In this document: positions 1-10,318 of the stretch, piece after piece
Numbering within the stretch: position 1 is the first letter of the stretch
Layout: each line of letters starts with the position of its first letter
From: Dongiaceae bacterium
GTDB lineage: Bacteria > Acidobacteriota > Polarisedimenticolia > Gp22-AA2
Direction of reading: 5' to 3'
Length of the DNA stretch: 33,422 nt
Assembly (NCBI GenBank): GCA_035511355.1
Contig: DATKFL010000278.1
Location: 1 to 33,422, forward strand
Notes under the pieces: generated by a model
The model's database searches: none
Told to the model about the DNA's origin: nothing
What the model saw: the letters and a program-made list of their open reading frames with translations, nothing else
Made by a program: the position numbers and the translations under genes

Positions 1-1
1 G

Positions 2-2313
<2,312 letters not shown>

Positions 2314-2317
<4 letters not shown>

Positions 2318-2760
2318 CGACGACGCGTTGGGACCCGTTCCGCGATCTCCTGGCGATCCAGGACCGGATGAACCGCCTGTTCCAGGAGACCATGGCGCGC
2401 CAGCGCGGACAGGACGAGGTCGAGGCCGGCCAGTGGTCGCCGGCGGTCGATATCGTCGAGACCGCCGACCGGATCGTGCTGCGCGCCGACCTCCCCGGCA
2501 TGGAGCAGGGGGAGATCGAGGTGCGGGTCGACGACAACACCCTGACGCTGCGCGGCGACCGGCGGGCGACGGGTGACGCGCGTCCCGAGGATTTCCATCG
2601 CGCCGAACGGCCGCATGGGCCGTTCGTGCGCTCGTTCAGCCTGCCGCAGAACGTCGATCAGGCGGGCATCCGCGCGGTGCAGAAGAACGGCGTGCTCGAG
2701 GTGCTGCTCCCCAAGCGGCCCGAGGCGCGCGCCGCCTCCATCCGCGTCGAGGTGAAGTGA
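2314..2760 (+). CDS. Small heat-shock protein, Hsp20/alpha-crystallin family
   Basis: Alpha-crystallin domain ([23 protein letters not shown] ... GVLEVLLPK). ATG 2314 lies inside the ATGA overlap with the clpB stop. Confidence 0.9.
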
Positions 2761-3600
2761 ATGAACACGATCAAGACCGCGTTCTTCCTGGGGCTCCTGT
2801 CGGCGCTGATCGTCGTGGTCGGCGGCGCCATCGGCGGCCGGCAGGGCATGGTGATCGCCCTGCTCTTCGCCGCCGGGATGAACTTCTTCTCCTACTGGTT
2901 CTCGGACAAGATCGTGCTGGCGATGCACGGCGCGCAGCCGGTCAGCCGCGAACAGGCGCCGCAGCTCTATGAAATCCTCGAGCGGCTCACCGGCCGGAAC
3001 GGCATGCCGATGCCGCGGGTCTACATCCTGCCGGAGGAGGCGCCCAACGCCTTCGCCACCGGGCGCAATCCGTCGCATGCCGCGGTCGCGGTCACCCAGG
3101 GCATCATGCGGCTCCTGACCGCCGAGGAGATGGAGGGCGTGCTGGCGCACGAGCTGGCGCACGTCCACAACCGCGACATCCTGATCTCGTCGGTCGCCGC
3201 CACGCTCGCCTCGGCGGTGATGGTGATCGCCAACATGGCGAAATGGTCGGCCCTGTTCGGCATCGGCGGGCGCGACGATCGCGACGGCCCCAACCCGATC
3301 GTCCTCCTCGCCACCGCGATCGTCGCGCCGATCGGCGCGATGATGATCCAGAAGGCGGTGTCGCGCTCGCGCGAGTACCAGGCCGACGCGTCGGGGGCCG
3401 GGATGACCCACAACCCGTACGCCCTCGCGAGCGCGCTCGGGAAGCTCGATCAATACAGCAAGCGGATCCCGATGCTGAGCGCCAACCCCACCTCGAACCA
3501 CCTGTTCATCGTCAACCCCTTCAGCGCGGCGGGCTTCCAGAGGCTGTTCAGCACCCACCCGCCGATCCCGGAGCGGATCAAACGGCTGACGGGGCGGTGA
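2761..3600 (+). CDS. htpX: HtpX-type M48 membrane zinc protease
   Basis: N-terminal TM helices, NAFATG, zinc motif HELAHVHNRD and C-terminal STHPPIPERI. The ATG directly follows the hsp20 stop with no gap. Confidence 0.9.
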   Translation: MNTIKTAFFLGLLSALIVVVGGAIGGRQGMVIALLFAAGMNFFSYWFSDKIVLAMHGAQPVSREQAPQLYEILERLTGRNGMPMPRVYILPEEAPNAFATGRNPSHAAVAVTQGIMRLLTAEEMEGVLAHELAHVHNRDILISSVAATLASAVMVIANMAKWSALFGIGGRDDRDGPNPIVLLATAIVAPIGAMMIQKAVSRSREYQADASGAGMTHNPYALASALGKLDQYSKRIPMLSANPTSNHLFIVNPFSAAGFQRLFSTHPPIPERIKRLTGR

Positions 3601-4229
3601 TGGCCGACCCCAAGACGCCCGAGACGGCGCGCGGCGCCGGCGCGCCGGCCCCCGGGCCCGACGCCGAGCCGTCCTTCACCGTGGTCGATCGTCGGCCGCG
3701 CTATGACGAGGGCGATCCCGCCCCGGACGACCCGCCGCGCGAGCCGACCGTCGTGCAGGAGTTGCGCGCCCGGGTCGAGGAGGCGGAACGCCGCACGCGC
3801 GAGATCTCCGCGGCCTACCGCAAGATCGACCAGGAACGCGACGCCTTCCGCGAGCGGCTGTCGCGCGATCTCGAGCGGCGCGTCGACATCGCGCGCGCCG
3901 AGCTGATGCGCCGCGTCCTGCCGGTGCTCGACGATCTCGATCGGGCGCTCGCGGCGGCGCGCGGCGCCGGGCGCGAGGCGGGCCTCGCCGAGGGGGTGGC
4001 GCTCATCCGCGAGCGCTTGCGGCAGGCGCTCGCCGCCGAGGGGGTCGAGGCGATCCACACCAGCGGGGAGCCGTTCGACCCCGGGGTCGCCGAGGCGGTG
4101 TCGACCGAGATCACCGCCGATCCGGCGATGAACGGCGTGGTGGTCGAGGAGCTCGAACCCGGGTACCGGCTGGGCGCGGCGCTCCTCCGACCGGCGCGGG
4201 TGCGGGTCGCCCGGCTCGCCGAAGAGTAG
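3600..4229 (+). CDS. grpE: GrpE nucleotide exchange factor
   Basis: ATG 3600 shares its A with the htpX TGA. Coiled-coil region followed by GrpE beta-domain motifs (VLPVLDDLDRAL, FDPGVAEAV, ELEPGYRL..LLRPARVRV). The upstream part of the track ORF (from 3243) overlaps htpX and was rejected. Confidence 0.85.
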   Translation: MADPKTPETARGAGAPAPGPDAEPSFTVVDRRPRYDEGDPAPDDPPREPTVVQELRARVEEAERRTREISAAYRKIDQERDAFRERLSRDLERRVDIARAELMRRVLPVLDDLDRALAAARGAGREAGLAEGVALIRERLRQALAAEGVEAIHTSGEPFDPGVAEAVSTEITADPAMNGVVVEELEPGYRLGAALLRPARVRVARLAEE

Positions 4230-4240
4230 CGCGCGATCGC

Positions 4241-5179
4241 CTACAGGATGGTCTGACCGAGGGCCGAGAGGATCAGTTCGGCCCCGACCTCGGCCGAGCG
4301 GTTGCGCACGTCGAGCGTCGGGTTGAGCTCGACGAGATCGATCCCCGCCAGCCGGCCGCTCTCCGCCACCATTTCACACAGGAGGTGCGCCTCGCGATAC
4401 GACAGGCCGCCGCGCACCGGCGTGCCGACGCCCGGGGCGACCTCGGGGTCGAGCCCGTCGAGGTCGAGACTCAGGTGCAGGCCCTGGGTGCGCGCGCCGA
4501 TGGTGCCGAGAATCTCCTCGAGGATCGGGCCGATGCCGCGGCGGTCGACGTCCGACATGGTGTAGGCGCGCACCCCGCTCTGGCGCACGTGATTGCGCTC
4601 GCGCTCGTCGAGGTTGCGGATGCCGAGGAGCGCCACGTCCTCCGGTCGCACGCTGGCGCCGCCGCCGATCGCGACCAGCGACTCCGGCCCCTGACCGAGG
4701 CAGGCGGCCAGCGGCATGCCGTGCACGTTCCCCGAGGGGGAGGTCTCGGGTGTGTTCATGTCGGCGTGCGCGTCGACCCAGATCACGCCGAGCCGGCCCC
4801 CCTTCGCCCCGAGCGCCTGCGCCACCCCGGCGATTGACCCGGCCGCGAGCGAGTGGTCGCCGCCGATGCAGATCGGCGTGCGCCCCTCGGACACCGCCGC
4901 GCGGGTCAGGTTCGCGACCGCGCGGCAGACCGCGGCGATCTCCGCGACATAGCGCTGCCGCTCCCCGCCCACCGGCGTCGTCTCGGGGAGCGGGACGTCC
5001 ACGTCCCCGAGATCGGAAACCACGAGGCCGAGGGCGGCGAGACGCGCCCCGAGGCCGGTGATCCGCACGGCCGACGGACCCATGTCGACGCCACGGCGCC
5101 CGGCGCCGAGGTCGAGCGGGACGCCGATGAGGTCGACATGACGGGGACGGAACGGCACGGTGGGCGGCATGCCGGTCAT
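4241..5179 (-). CDS. rocF: Arginase (ureohydrolase family)
   Basis: Mn-binding motifs GGDHSLA, DAHADMNTP and SLDLDGLDP, plus arginase-type SGNVHGMPLA and GGLSYREAH. An alternative start at ATG 5170 (MPPTV...) fits a leaderless model (see findings). Confidence 0.85.
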   Translation of the reverse strand: MTGMPPTVPFRPRHVDLIGVPLDLGAGRRGVDMGPSAVRITGLGARLAALGLVVSDLGDVDVPLPETTPVGGERQRYVAEIAAVCRAVANLTRAAVSEGRTPICIGGDHSLAAGSIAGVAQALGAKGGRLGVIWVDAHADMNTPETSPSGNVHGMPLAACLGQGPESLVAIGGGASVRPEDVALLGIRNLDERERNHVRQSGVRAYTMSDVDRRGIGPILEEILGTIGARTQGLHLSLDLDGLDPEVAPGVGTPVRGGLSYREAHLLCEMVAESGRLAGIDLVELNPTLDVRNRSAEVGAELILSALGQTIL

Positions 5180-5202
5180 TATAATCGGCCGTGGAGGAAC
5201 TC

Positions 5203-6054
5203 ATGCCGATTCAACGGGTGCTGGTCGTGGGGGCCGGAACGATGGGTCAGGGGATCGCCCAGGCGGCGCTGCAGGCCGGCTACGACGTGACCCTCTCGGA
5301 CGTCGCGGCGCCGCCGCTCGAACGCGGGCTGGCGCGCCTCCGGGAGGGCCTCGAGACCGCGGTCGCGAAGGGGAAACTCGACCCGCCGGCGCGCGACCAG
5401 GCGCTCGGGCGGCTCGGCTCGACGACCGATGCGCGCGCCGCGGCGGCGGCGGCCGACCTGGTGATCGAGGCGGTCCCCGAGTCGATCGAGATCAAGCGCT
5501 CGCTGTACGCGGCGATCGATGCGGCGCTCCGCCCCGAGGCGATCCTGGCGAGCAACACGTCGTCGCTCGGCATCGCCGACCTGGCCGGCGGTCTCGCCCG
5601 ACCGGAGCGGTTTCTCGGGATGCATTTCTTCAACCCGGTGCCGGTGATGGCGCTCCTCGAGCTGGTGGTGCATCCCGGGACGGCGCCGGAGGTGCTGGAG
5701 GCGGCACGCGCCGTCGGGGCGCGGCTCGGCAAGACCTGCATCACCGTGAAGGACTCTCCCGGATTCGCCAGCAGCCGCCTCGGGCTGGCGCTCGGCCTCG
5801 AGGCGATGCGCATGCTCGAGGAAGGAGTGGCGTCGGCGCAGGACATCGACACGGCGATGGAGCTGGGCTACCGCCACCCGATGGGTCCGCTCAAGCTCAC
5901 CGACCTCGTCGGTCTCGACGTCCGCCTCGGGATCGCCGAGCACCTGCACCGGACTCTCGGGCGCGACCGGTTCGAGCCGCCGCGGATCCTGCGCGAGCAC
6001 GTCGCCGCCGGGCGTCTCGGCAGGAAGTCGGGGCGCGGCTTCTACGAGTGGTGA
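5203..6054 (+). CDS. hbd: 3-hydroxybutyryl-CoA / 3-hydroxyacyl-CoA dehydrogenase
   Basis: Rossmann VVGAGTMGQGIAQ, plus NTSSL, HFFNPVP and SPGF motifs. SD GGAGGA lies 4 nt before ATG 5203. The track start, GTG 5191, is an alternative. Confidence 0.85.
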   Translation: MPIQRVLVVGAGTMGQGIAQAALQAGYDVTLSDVAAPPLERGLARLREGLETAVAKGKLDPPARDQALGRLGSTTDARAAAAAADLVIEAVPESIEIKRSLYAAIDAALRPEAILASNTSSLGIADLAGGLARPERFLGMHFFNPVPVMALLELVVHPGTAPEVLEAARAVGARLGKTCITVKDSPGFASSRLGLALGLEAMRMLEEGVASAQDIDTAMELGYRHPMGPLKLTDLVGLDVRLGIAEHLHRTLGRDRFEPPRILREHVAAGRLGRKSGRGFYEW

Positions 6055-6058
6055 CCGC

Positions 6059-6084
6059 CCGGGGCGGCGCCCTCTGCGCCCCGG
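6059..6084. terminator. GC-rich 8-bp hairpin between the convergent hbd and ubiA-like genes (no U-tract)
   Basis: CCGGGGCG (6059..6066) pairs with CGCCCCGG (6077..6084) around a 10-nt loop, in the 52-nt convergent intergenic gap. There is no T-run on either side. Confidence 0.2.
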
Positions 6085-6106
6085 ACCTCGCCGCCGGCAC
6101 ACCCGG

Positions 6107-7093
6107 TCACAGCAGGTAGGCGATCGCGAACCCGATCTGGGCGCACATCATCATGAGGTACATGTGCGTCCAGGAGGGGTGGTTCTCGGTCGACGCGAGT
6201 GACGCGGGGTCTTTCAGGATGAGCCGCGCCGTGTAGCCGCCCCAGGCGGCGAGCAGCAGCCCCAGCCCCGCGAGCAGGATCGGGTTGCCGGTCAGGATCC
6301 TGCCGCCGCCGAACGGGTCGTCGAGCACCGTCCCGAGCGGGATCAGGAGCCACGGCAGCACGAAGAAGGGCGCCGCGAACCGCGCCGCCCGCTCGACCCC
6401 CCAGGCGATCGGCAGGGTGCGGCAACCGTGCGCCGCGTCCCCCTCCATGTCGGAGAAGTCCTTGCTGGTGGTCGCCCCGAGCAGGAACAGGAGGAAGACC
6501 AGCCCGATGTACCACGGCTCGACGTGCAGGACGCTCCCGACCATCGACCAGCCGGCGACTTTGAGAAGGCAGCCGCGCGGCACCGCGATGGTCACGTTGG
6601 CCCACAGCCCGAAGCGCTTCGTCCGGCCCCAGGCCGGGTCGGAGTAGACCAGGGTCAGGATGAGGCCCGCGAGATAGATCGCGAAGCACTCGTGCGCGGC
6701 GAGCGGCGCGAACAGCCGCTCGGCGAACGACGCCCGCGGGTGGATCACGACGAGCCAGGTCGGCAGGAGCGCCGCGAGGTACAGGAGCGCGGCGAACCGG
6801 CGTGCCGCCGCGAGGGTGACCGTGCCCGCCGGCAGCGGCCGCTGCGGCTTGTTGCGCCGATCGATCTCGAGGTCGTGGATCTGGTTGAGCACGTTGCTGG
6901 CGGCGTTGAGCAGCGCCGCGCACAGCGAGCCGAGCGCGATGGTGGTCACCACCGCCAGGGTGAAGCGGCGCGCCGGGTCGGGGTTGTGCGCCGAGCCGAA
7001 GGCGGTCAGCGCCCCCGAGACCACCCCCAGCGTCGGCGGGAGGAGGGTGAACGGGCGGGTGAAGTCGGCATACAGCCGGAGGCGGTTCGTCAC
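6107..7093 (-). CDS. UbiA-superfamily aromatic prenyltransferase, homogentisate-prenyltransferase/chlorophyll-synthase-like
   Basis: Polytopic membrane protein. First Asp-rich motif is NQIHDLEIDRRNKPQRPLPAG (codons at about 6860..6886); second is KDFSDMEGDAAHGCRTLPIAWG. The GTG start overlaps the upstream stop (GTGA at 7090..7093). Confidence 0.8.
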   Translation of the reverse strand: MTNRLRLYADFTRPFTLLPPTLGVVSGALTAFGSAHNPDPARRFTLAVVTTIALGSLCAALLNAASNVLNQIHDLEIDRRNKPQRPLPAGTVTLAAARRFAALLYLAALLPTWLVVIHPRASFAERLFAPLAAHECFAIYLAGLILTLVYSDPAWGRTKRFGLWANVTIAVPRGCLLKVAGWSMVGSVLHVEPWYIGLVFLLFLLGATTSKDFSDMEGDAAHGCRTLPIAWGVERAARFAAPFFVLPWLLIPLGTVLDDPFGGGRILTGNPILLAGLGLLLAAWGGYTARLILKDPASLASTENHPSWTHMYLMMMCAQIGFAIAYLL

Positions 7094-8442
7094 CCCGCCG
7101 CCCCGACGCTCGCCGATGCGAACAGCGCTCCGGCCACGGCGGCGAGCGCGCCGACGAGCGTGTTGGAGAAATTCACCGCTTCATTGTCCATCAGGCCGCG
7201 CCGCTCGAGCGTCGCGCCCAGCAGCGAATCGGCGCTCGACCCGAGGAACGCGGCGACCAGGATGATCGGGATCGCCGCCGGGCCGACGAGACCGAGAGCG
7301 CGGGCGAGCCCCGCGACGACGAGCGCACCGCCGAAGCCGGCGAGCGTCCCGAGCAGGCTGACGGCGCCGTCGGTGCCGACCGCGACCCGCCGGAGCGTCG
7401 TGATCATCACCGGCCGCCCACCCCAGGCCTGGCCGATCTCGCTCGACAAGGTGTCGAAGGTCGCCGTCGCGTAGGCGGCGACGAACGCGACCAGGTACAA
7501 GGCCGGCGCCGGCGCGGTCGTCGCGAGAATCGCGAGATAGACCGCGACGCCGCAGTTGGCGATCGCATGCCGCGCCGAGCGCGCCCCCTTCTTTCCCTGC
7601 GCCACGCCGAGCCTCTCCTTGCGCGCCCGCCCGAGGCGGGTGGTCGCGGAGCCGAGCAAGAAGAACGCGATGAGAATGGTGAAGGCCGCGGCCCCCCCGA
7701 ACGTCCAGGTCAGGGTGCCGACCGCGAATCCGGCCGCCATCCCGGATCGATCGACCGTTCCGGTCCAGCGGAACAGGACCGCGAGGAGGGCGTTGACCGC
7801 GACGGCCGCCGCGAACGGCCGTCCCAGCGCCGGCAGGACTTCCGGAAGCCGGGTCGCCTGCGCCTGCACCAGGCCGCACAGGAAGAGCGCCGACAGGAGC
7901 GGCACCGTCAGGTTGTCGTTCAGCCGCCAGGGCAGCGACTCGACGAACGCCGCGAACAGCGCGGTCGGCGCCGCCAGGAGCGCCGCTTCCGGCGCCTCCC
8001 GTCCCATGTAGACCAGGATGCCGAAGGTCGCCGCGAAGGCCGCCACCGCGAAGGCCGCGGTCCCGATCAGGGTCTTCGATCGGTTCCACGGCACCCGGCG
8101 GCCGCCGAACGACATCCCCGCGGCGCGCGCCGCCGGGTCCCCCGCCGCCATGATCACCCAGCCGGCCGCGGCCACCTCCATGCGCCAGCCGAAGACCAGC
8201 ACCAGGATCAGCACCGCGAAGGGATAGAGATGGATGCCGGAGTCGAGCCACCCGCGTCGCTCGCCGTCGCGAAACAGGCGCGCGCCGAGGATCGGCAGGG
8301 CCGCGACGTTGAACACCACCGCCGCCGCGGCGACCAGCGCCGCCTGGGGCACGGTCAGGAACTTCAGGGTCAGCGCGAGAAGTCCGGCGCCGCCGTGCAC
8401 GAGCCCGCGCAGGAGCTCGCTCGTGCCAGTGCGGGCGCGCAT
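7090..8442 (-). CDS. Fusion protein: N-terminal CTP-dependent polyprenol (phytol/dolichol) kinase-like domain plus C-terminal DUF92/TMEM19 (phytyl-phosphate kinase VTE6-like) domain
   Basis: N-terminal half: GDPAARAAGMSFGGRRVPWNRSKTLIGTAAF and ESLPWRLNDNLTVPL (VTE5/dolichol-kinase signature). C-terminal half: GSATTRLGRARKERLG, DTLSSEIGQAWGGRPVMITT and GTDGAVSLLGTLAG (DUF92 signature). ATG 8442 shares one nt with the upstream TGA; the longer track ORF (to 8664) would overlap the upstream gene. Confidence 0.75.
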   Translation of the reverse strand: MRARTGTSELLRGLVHGGAGLLALTLKFLTVPQAALVAAAAVVFNVAALPILGARLFRDGERRGWLDSGIHLYPFAVLILVLVFGWRMEVAAAGWVIMAAGDPAARAAGMSFGGRRVPWNRSKTLIGTAAFAVAAFAATFGILVYMGREAPEAALLAAPTALFAAFVESLPWRLNDNLTVPLLSALFLCGLVQAQATRLPEVLPALGRPFAAAVAVNALLAVLFRWTGTVDRSGMAAGFAVGTLTWTFGGAAAFTILIAFFLLGSATTRLGRARKERLGVAQGKKGARSARHAIANCGVAVYLAILATTAPAPALYLVAFVAAYATATFDTLSSEIGQAWGGRPVMITTLRRVAVGTDGAVSLLGTLAGFGGALVVAGLARALGLVGPAAIPIILVAAFLGSSADSLLGATLERRGLMDNEAVNFSNTLVGALAAVAGALFASASVGAAG

Positions 8443-9449
8443 CACGCGTGGTCCCGCGGTCCCGCCGCCGCCGCGGTCGCGGACATCGACGTGAGAGTCG
8501 CGCCCAGCGCCTCGACCGGCGGGGTCATCGTGTAGCCGATCTCCGCCGCCGCGCGATCGGAACGGTACGCCCACTCGTGCCGGAAGGTGCGCACGACGCC
8601 CGGCGTCACCTCCGGCGGGTGCCCGGTGAGACGCGCGCGCAGGATCTGCAGGCCGCCGACCCACTCCCCGAGGCGGTACGGCACGACGATCCGCGGCGCC
8701 GGTCTCCCGGTCAGGGCGGCGAGGTGCATGAACAGATCGCGCTGCGTGAGGTTGGCGCCGCCGAGGATGTACCCCGGACCCGGCCGGCCGCGCTCGAGCG
8801 CCAGGAGATGGCCGCGCGCGACGTCCTCGGCATAGGCGTAGCAGATGCGCAGGTCGTCGCGCCCGAGGCGCGCATGCAGCCGCCCGCGACGGTAGTCGTC
8901 GAGGACCGGCCCGATCAGGTTTCCCTCGGTCGCGGCTCCCGGCCCGAAGACGATGCCGGGGTAGACCACCACGATCGGCTGGCCGGCGGCGAGGCGCGCG
9001 CGCACCCTGGCGAGCGAGATCCGCTTGGTGCGCTCGTAGTCCGTGAAACCGGGCGCCGTCGCCGGCGGGCGGCTCTCGTCGCCGATCGACCCGTCGGTCG
9101 GCCCGATCGCCACGATGCTCGAGGTGTAGACGATCCGCGGCGTTCCGGCCTCGGCGGCGAGCGCCAGGATCCGCTCGGTCCCCTCGACGTTGACCCGGTC
9201 GAACGCGGCGCGGTCGCGCGCCCAGCGCTTCACCATCGCCGCCATGTGCACGAGCGCCTGGCAGCCGGCGAGCGCCGCGCGCAGCGCCGACGCGTCGAGC
9301 AGGTCGCCGGTGACCGGCACGCAGCCGGCCGGCACGGCCGCCTCACGACCCGGGCGGCAGAGCACCCGCACGTCGTGCCCGCCGGCGACCAGCGTCCGCG
9401 CGACCCGGGCGCCGAGGTACCCGGTGGCGCCGGTGATCAGCACCTTCAT
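8442..9449 (-). CDS. NAD-dependent epimerase/dehydratase (extended SDR; dihydroflavonol-reductase/HpnA-like)
   Basis: MKVLITGATGYLG Rossmann motif and catalytic YERTK (YxxxK). The ATG sits in an ATGA overlap with the rmlD-like stop (9446..9449). Substrate not assignable from sequence. Confidence 0.8.
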   Translation of the reverse strand: MKVLITGATGYLGARVARTLVAGGHDVRVLCRPGREAAVPAGCVPVTGDLLDASALRAALAGCQALVHMAAMVKRWARDRAAFDRVNVEGTERILALAAEAGTPRIVYTSSIVAIGPTDGSIGDESRPPATAPGFTDYERTKRISLARVRARLAAGQPIVVVYPGIVFGPGAATEGNLIGPVLDDYRRGRLHARLGRDDLRICYAYAEDVARGHLLALERGRPGPGYILGGANLTQRDLFMHLAALTGRPAPRIVVPYRLGEWVGGLQILRARLTGHPPEVTPGVVRTFRHEWAYRSDRAAAEIGYTMTPPVEALGATLTSMSATAAAAGPRDHA

Positions 9450-10318
9450 GCGAACGCCCCGCCGCCGAGCGCATCGGCGAGCGCCTGCTGCCAGGCGCGC
9501 GGCATCGCGCCGGTCAGCCGCTCGTACAGTCCGGTTGAGAGCGCCGTGTAGGCCGGCCGGTCGGCGGCCGGAAAGAGCTCGCGCGCCGCCACCGGCGTGA
9601 CCGCCACCTTTCCGGCGAGCCCGAGCGCGGCGAGGATGACCTCGGTCATCTCGAGACGCGAGCCGACGCCGCGGTTGACCAGATGCACGACGCCCCGATG
9701 CTCGACGCGCAGAAGCCGCGCGATCCCGTCCGCGAGGTCGTCGACGAAGGTCGGCGAGCCGGTCTGGTCGGACACCACCCGCAGCGGCTCGCCGGCGAGC
9801 GCGCGCCGTCGGATCCCGGTCACGAAGGCGCCGCCGTCGCGCCCGAACAGCCACGCGGTCCGCACGATGAGATGATCCGGCGCCGCGGTCGCCACCCGAC
9901 GCTCGCCGTCCAGCTTCGAGCGGCCGTACTCCTGGATCGGCCCGACCGGGTCGTCCTCGACGTACGGCCGGGTCCCGACGCCGTCGAAGACGTAGTCGGT
10001 GCTGATCTGCACCAGGCGGCAACCCGACGCCGCGGCGGCGCGTGCCGCGTTCTCCGCGCCGATCGCGTTCACCGTGCGCGCCCGCTCCGGTTCGCGCGTG
10101 CAGCCGTCGACGTCGGTGAAGGCGGCGCAATTGATCACCACGGTCGGGTTCAGGCGTTCGATCTCCATCTCGAGGCGGAAGCGATCGGTGACGTCGGCCT
10201 CGGCGCGGGTCGCCGCGACCGTCTCCGGGAACTCGGCTTCGAGCCGGCGCGTCAGGGCCCGCCCGAGAAGGCCCGAAGCGCCGATCACCATGGGGCGGGG
10301 CGTCGCGGGGTCGGCCAT
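9446..10318 (-). CDS. rmlD: dTDP-4-dehydrorhamnose reductase-like SDR (RmlD/RfbD family)
   Basis: VIGASGLLG, INCAAFTDVDGCE-like segment, STDYVFDG and YGRSK. ATG 10318 shares its A with the lptD TGA. No rmlA, rmlB or rmlC in the window. Confidence 0.75.
   Translation of the reverse strand: MADPATPRPMVIGASGLLGRALTRRLEAEFPETVAATRAEADVTDRFRLEMEIERLNPTVVINCAAFTDVDGCTREPERARTVNAIGAENAARAAAASGCRLVQISTDYVFDGVGTRPYVEDDPVGPIQEYGRSKLDGERRVATAAPDHLIVRTAWLFGRDGGAFVTGIRRRALAGEPLRVVSDQTGSPTFVDDLADGIARLLRVEHRGVVHLVNRGVGSRLEMTEVILAALGLAGKVAVTPVAARELFPAADRPAYTALSTGLYERLTGAMPRAWQQALADALGGGAFA

Noticed and set aside
8442-9449. Calling the SDR epimerase hpnA (hopanoid-associated)
   Set aside because: The general extended-SDR similarity is not specific, and no squalene-hopene cyclase or other hpn genes are in the window.
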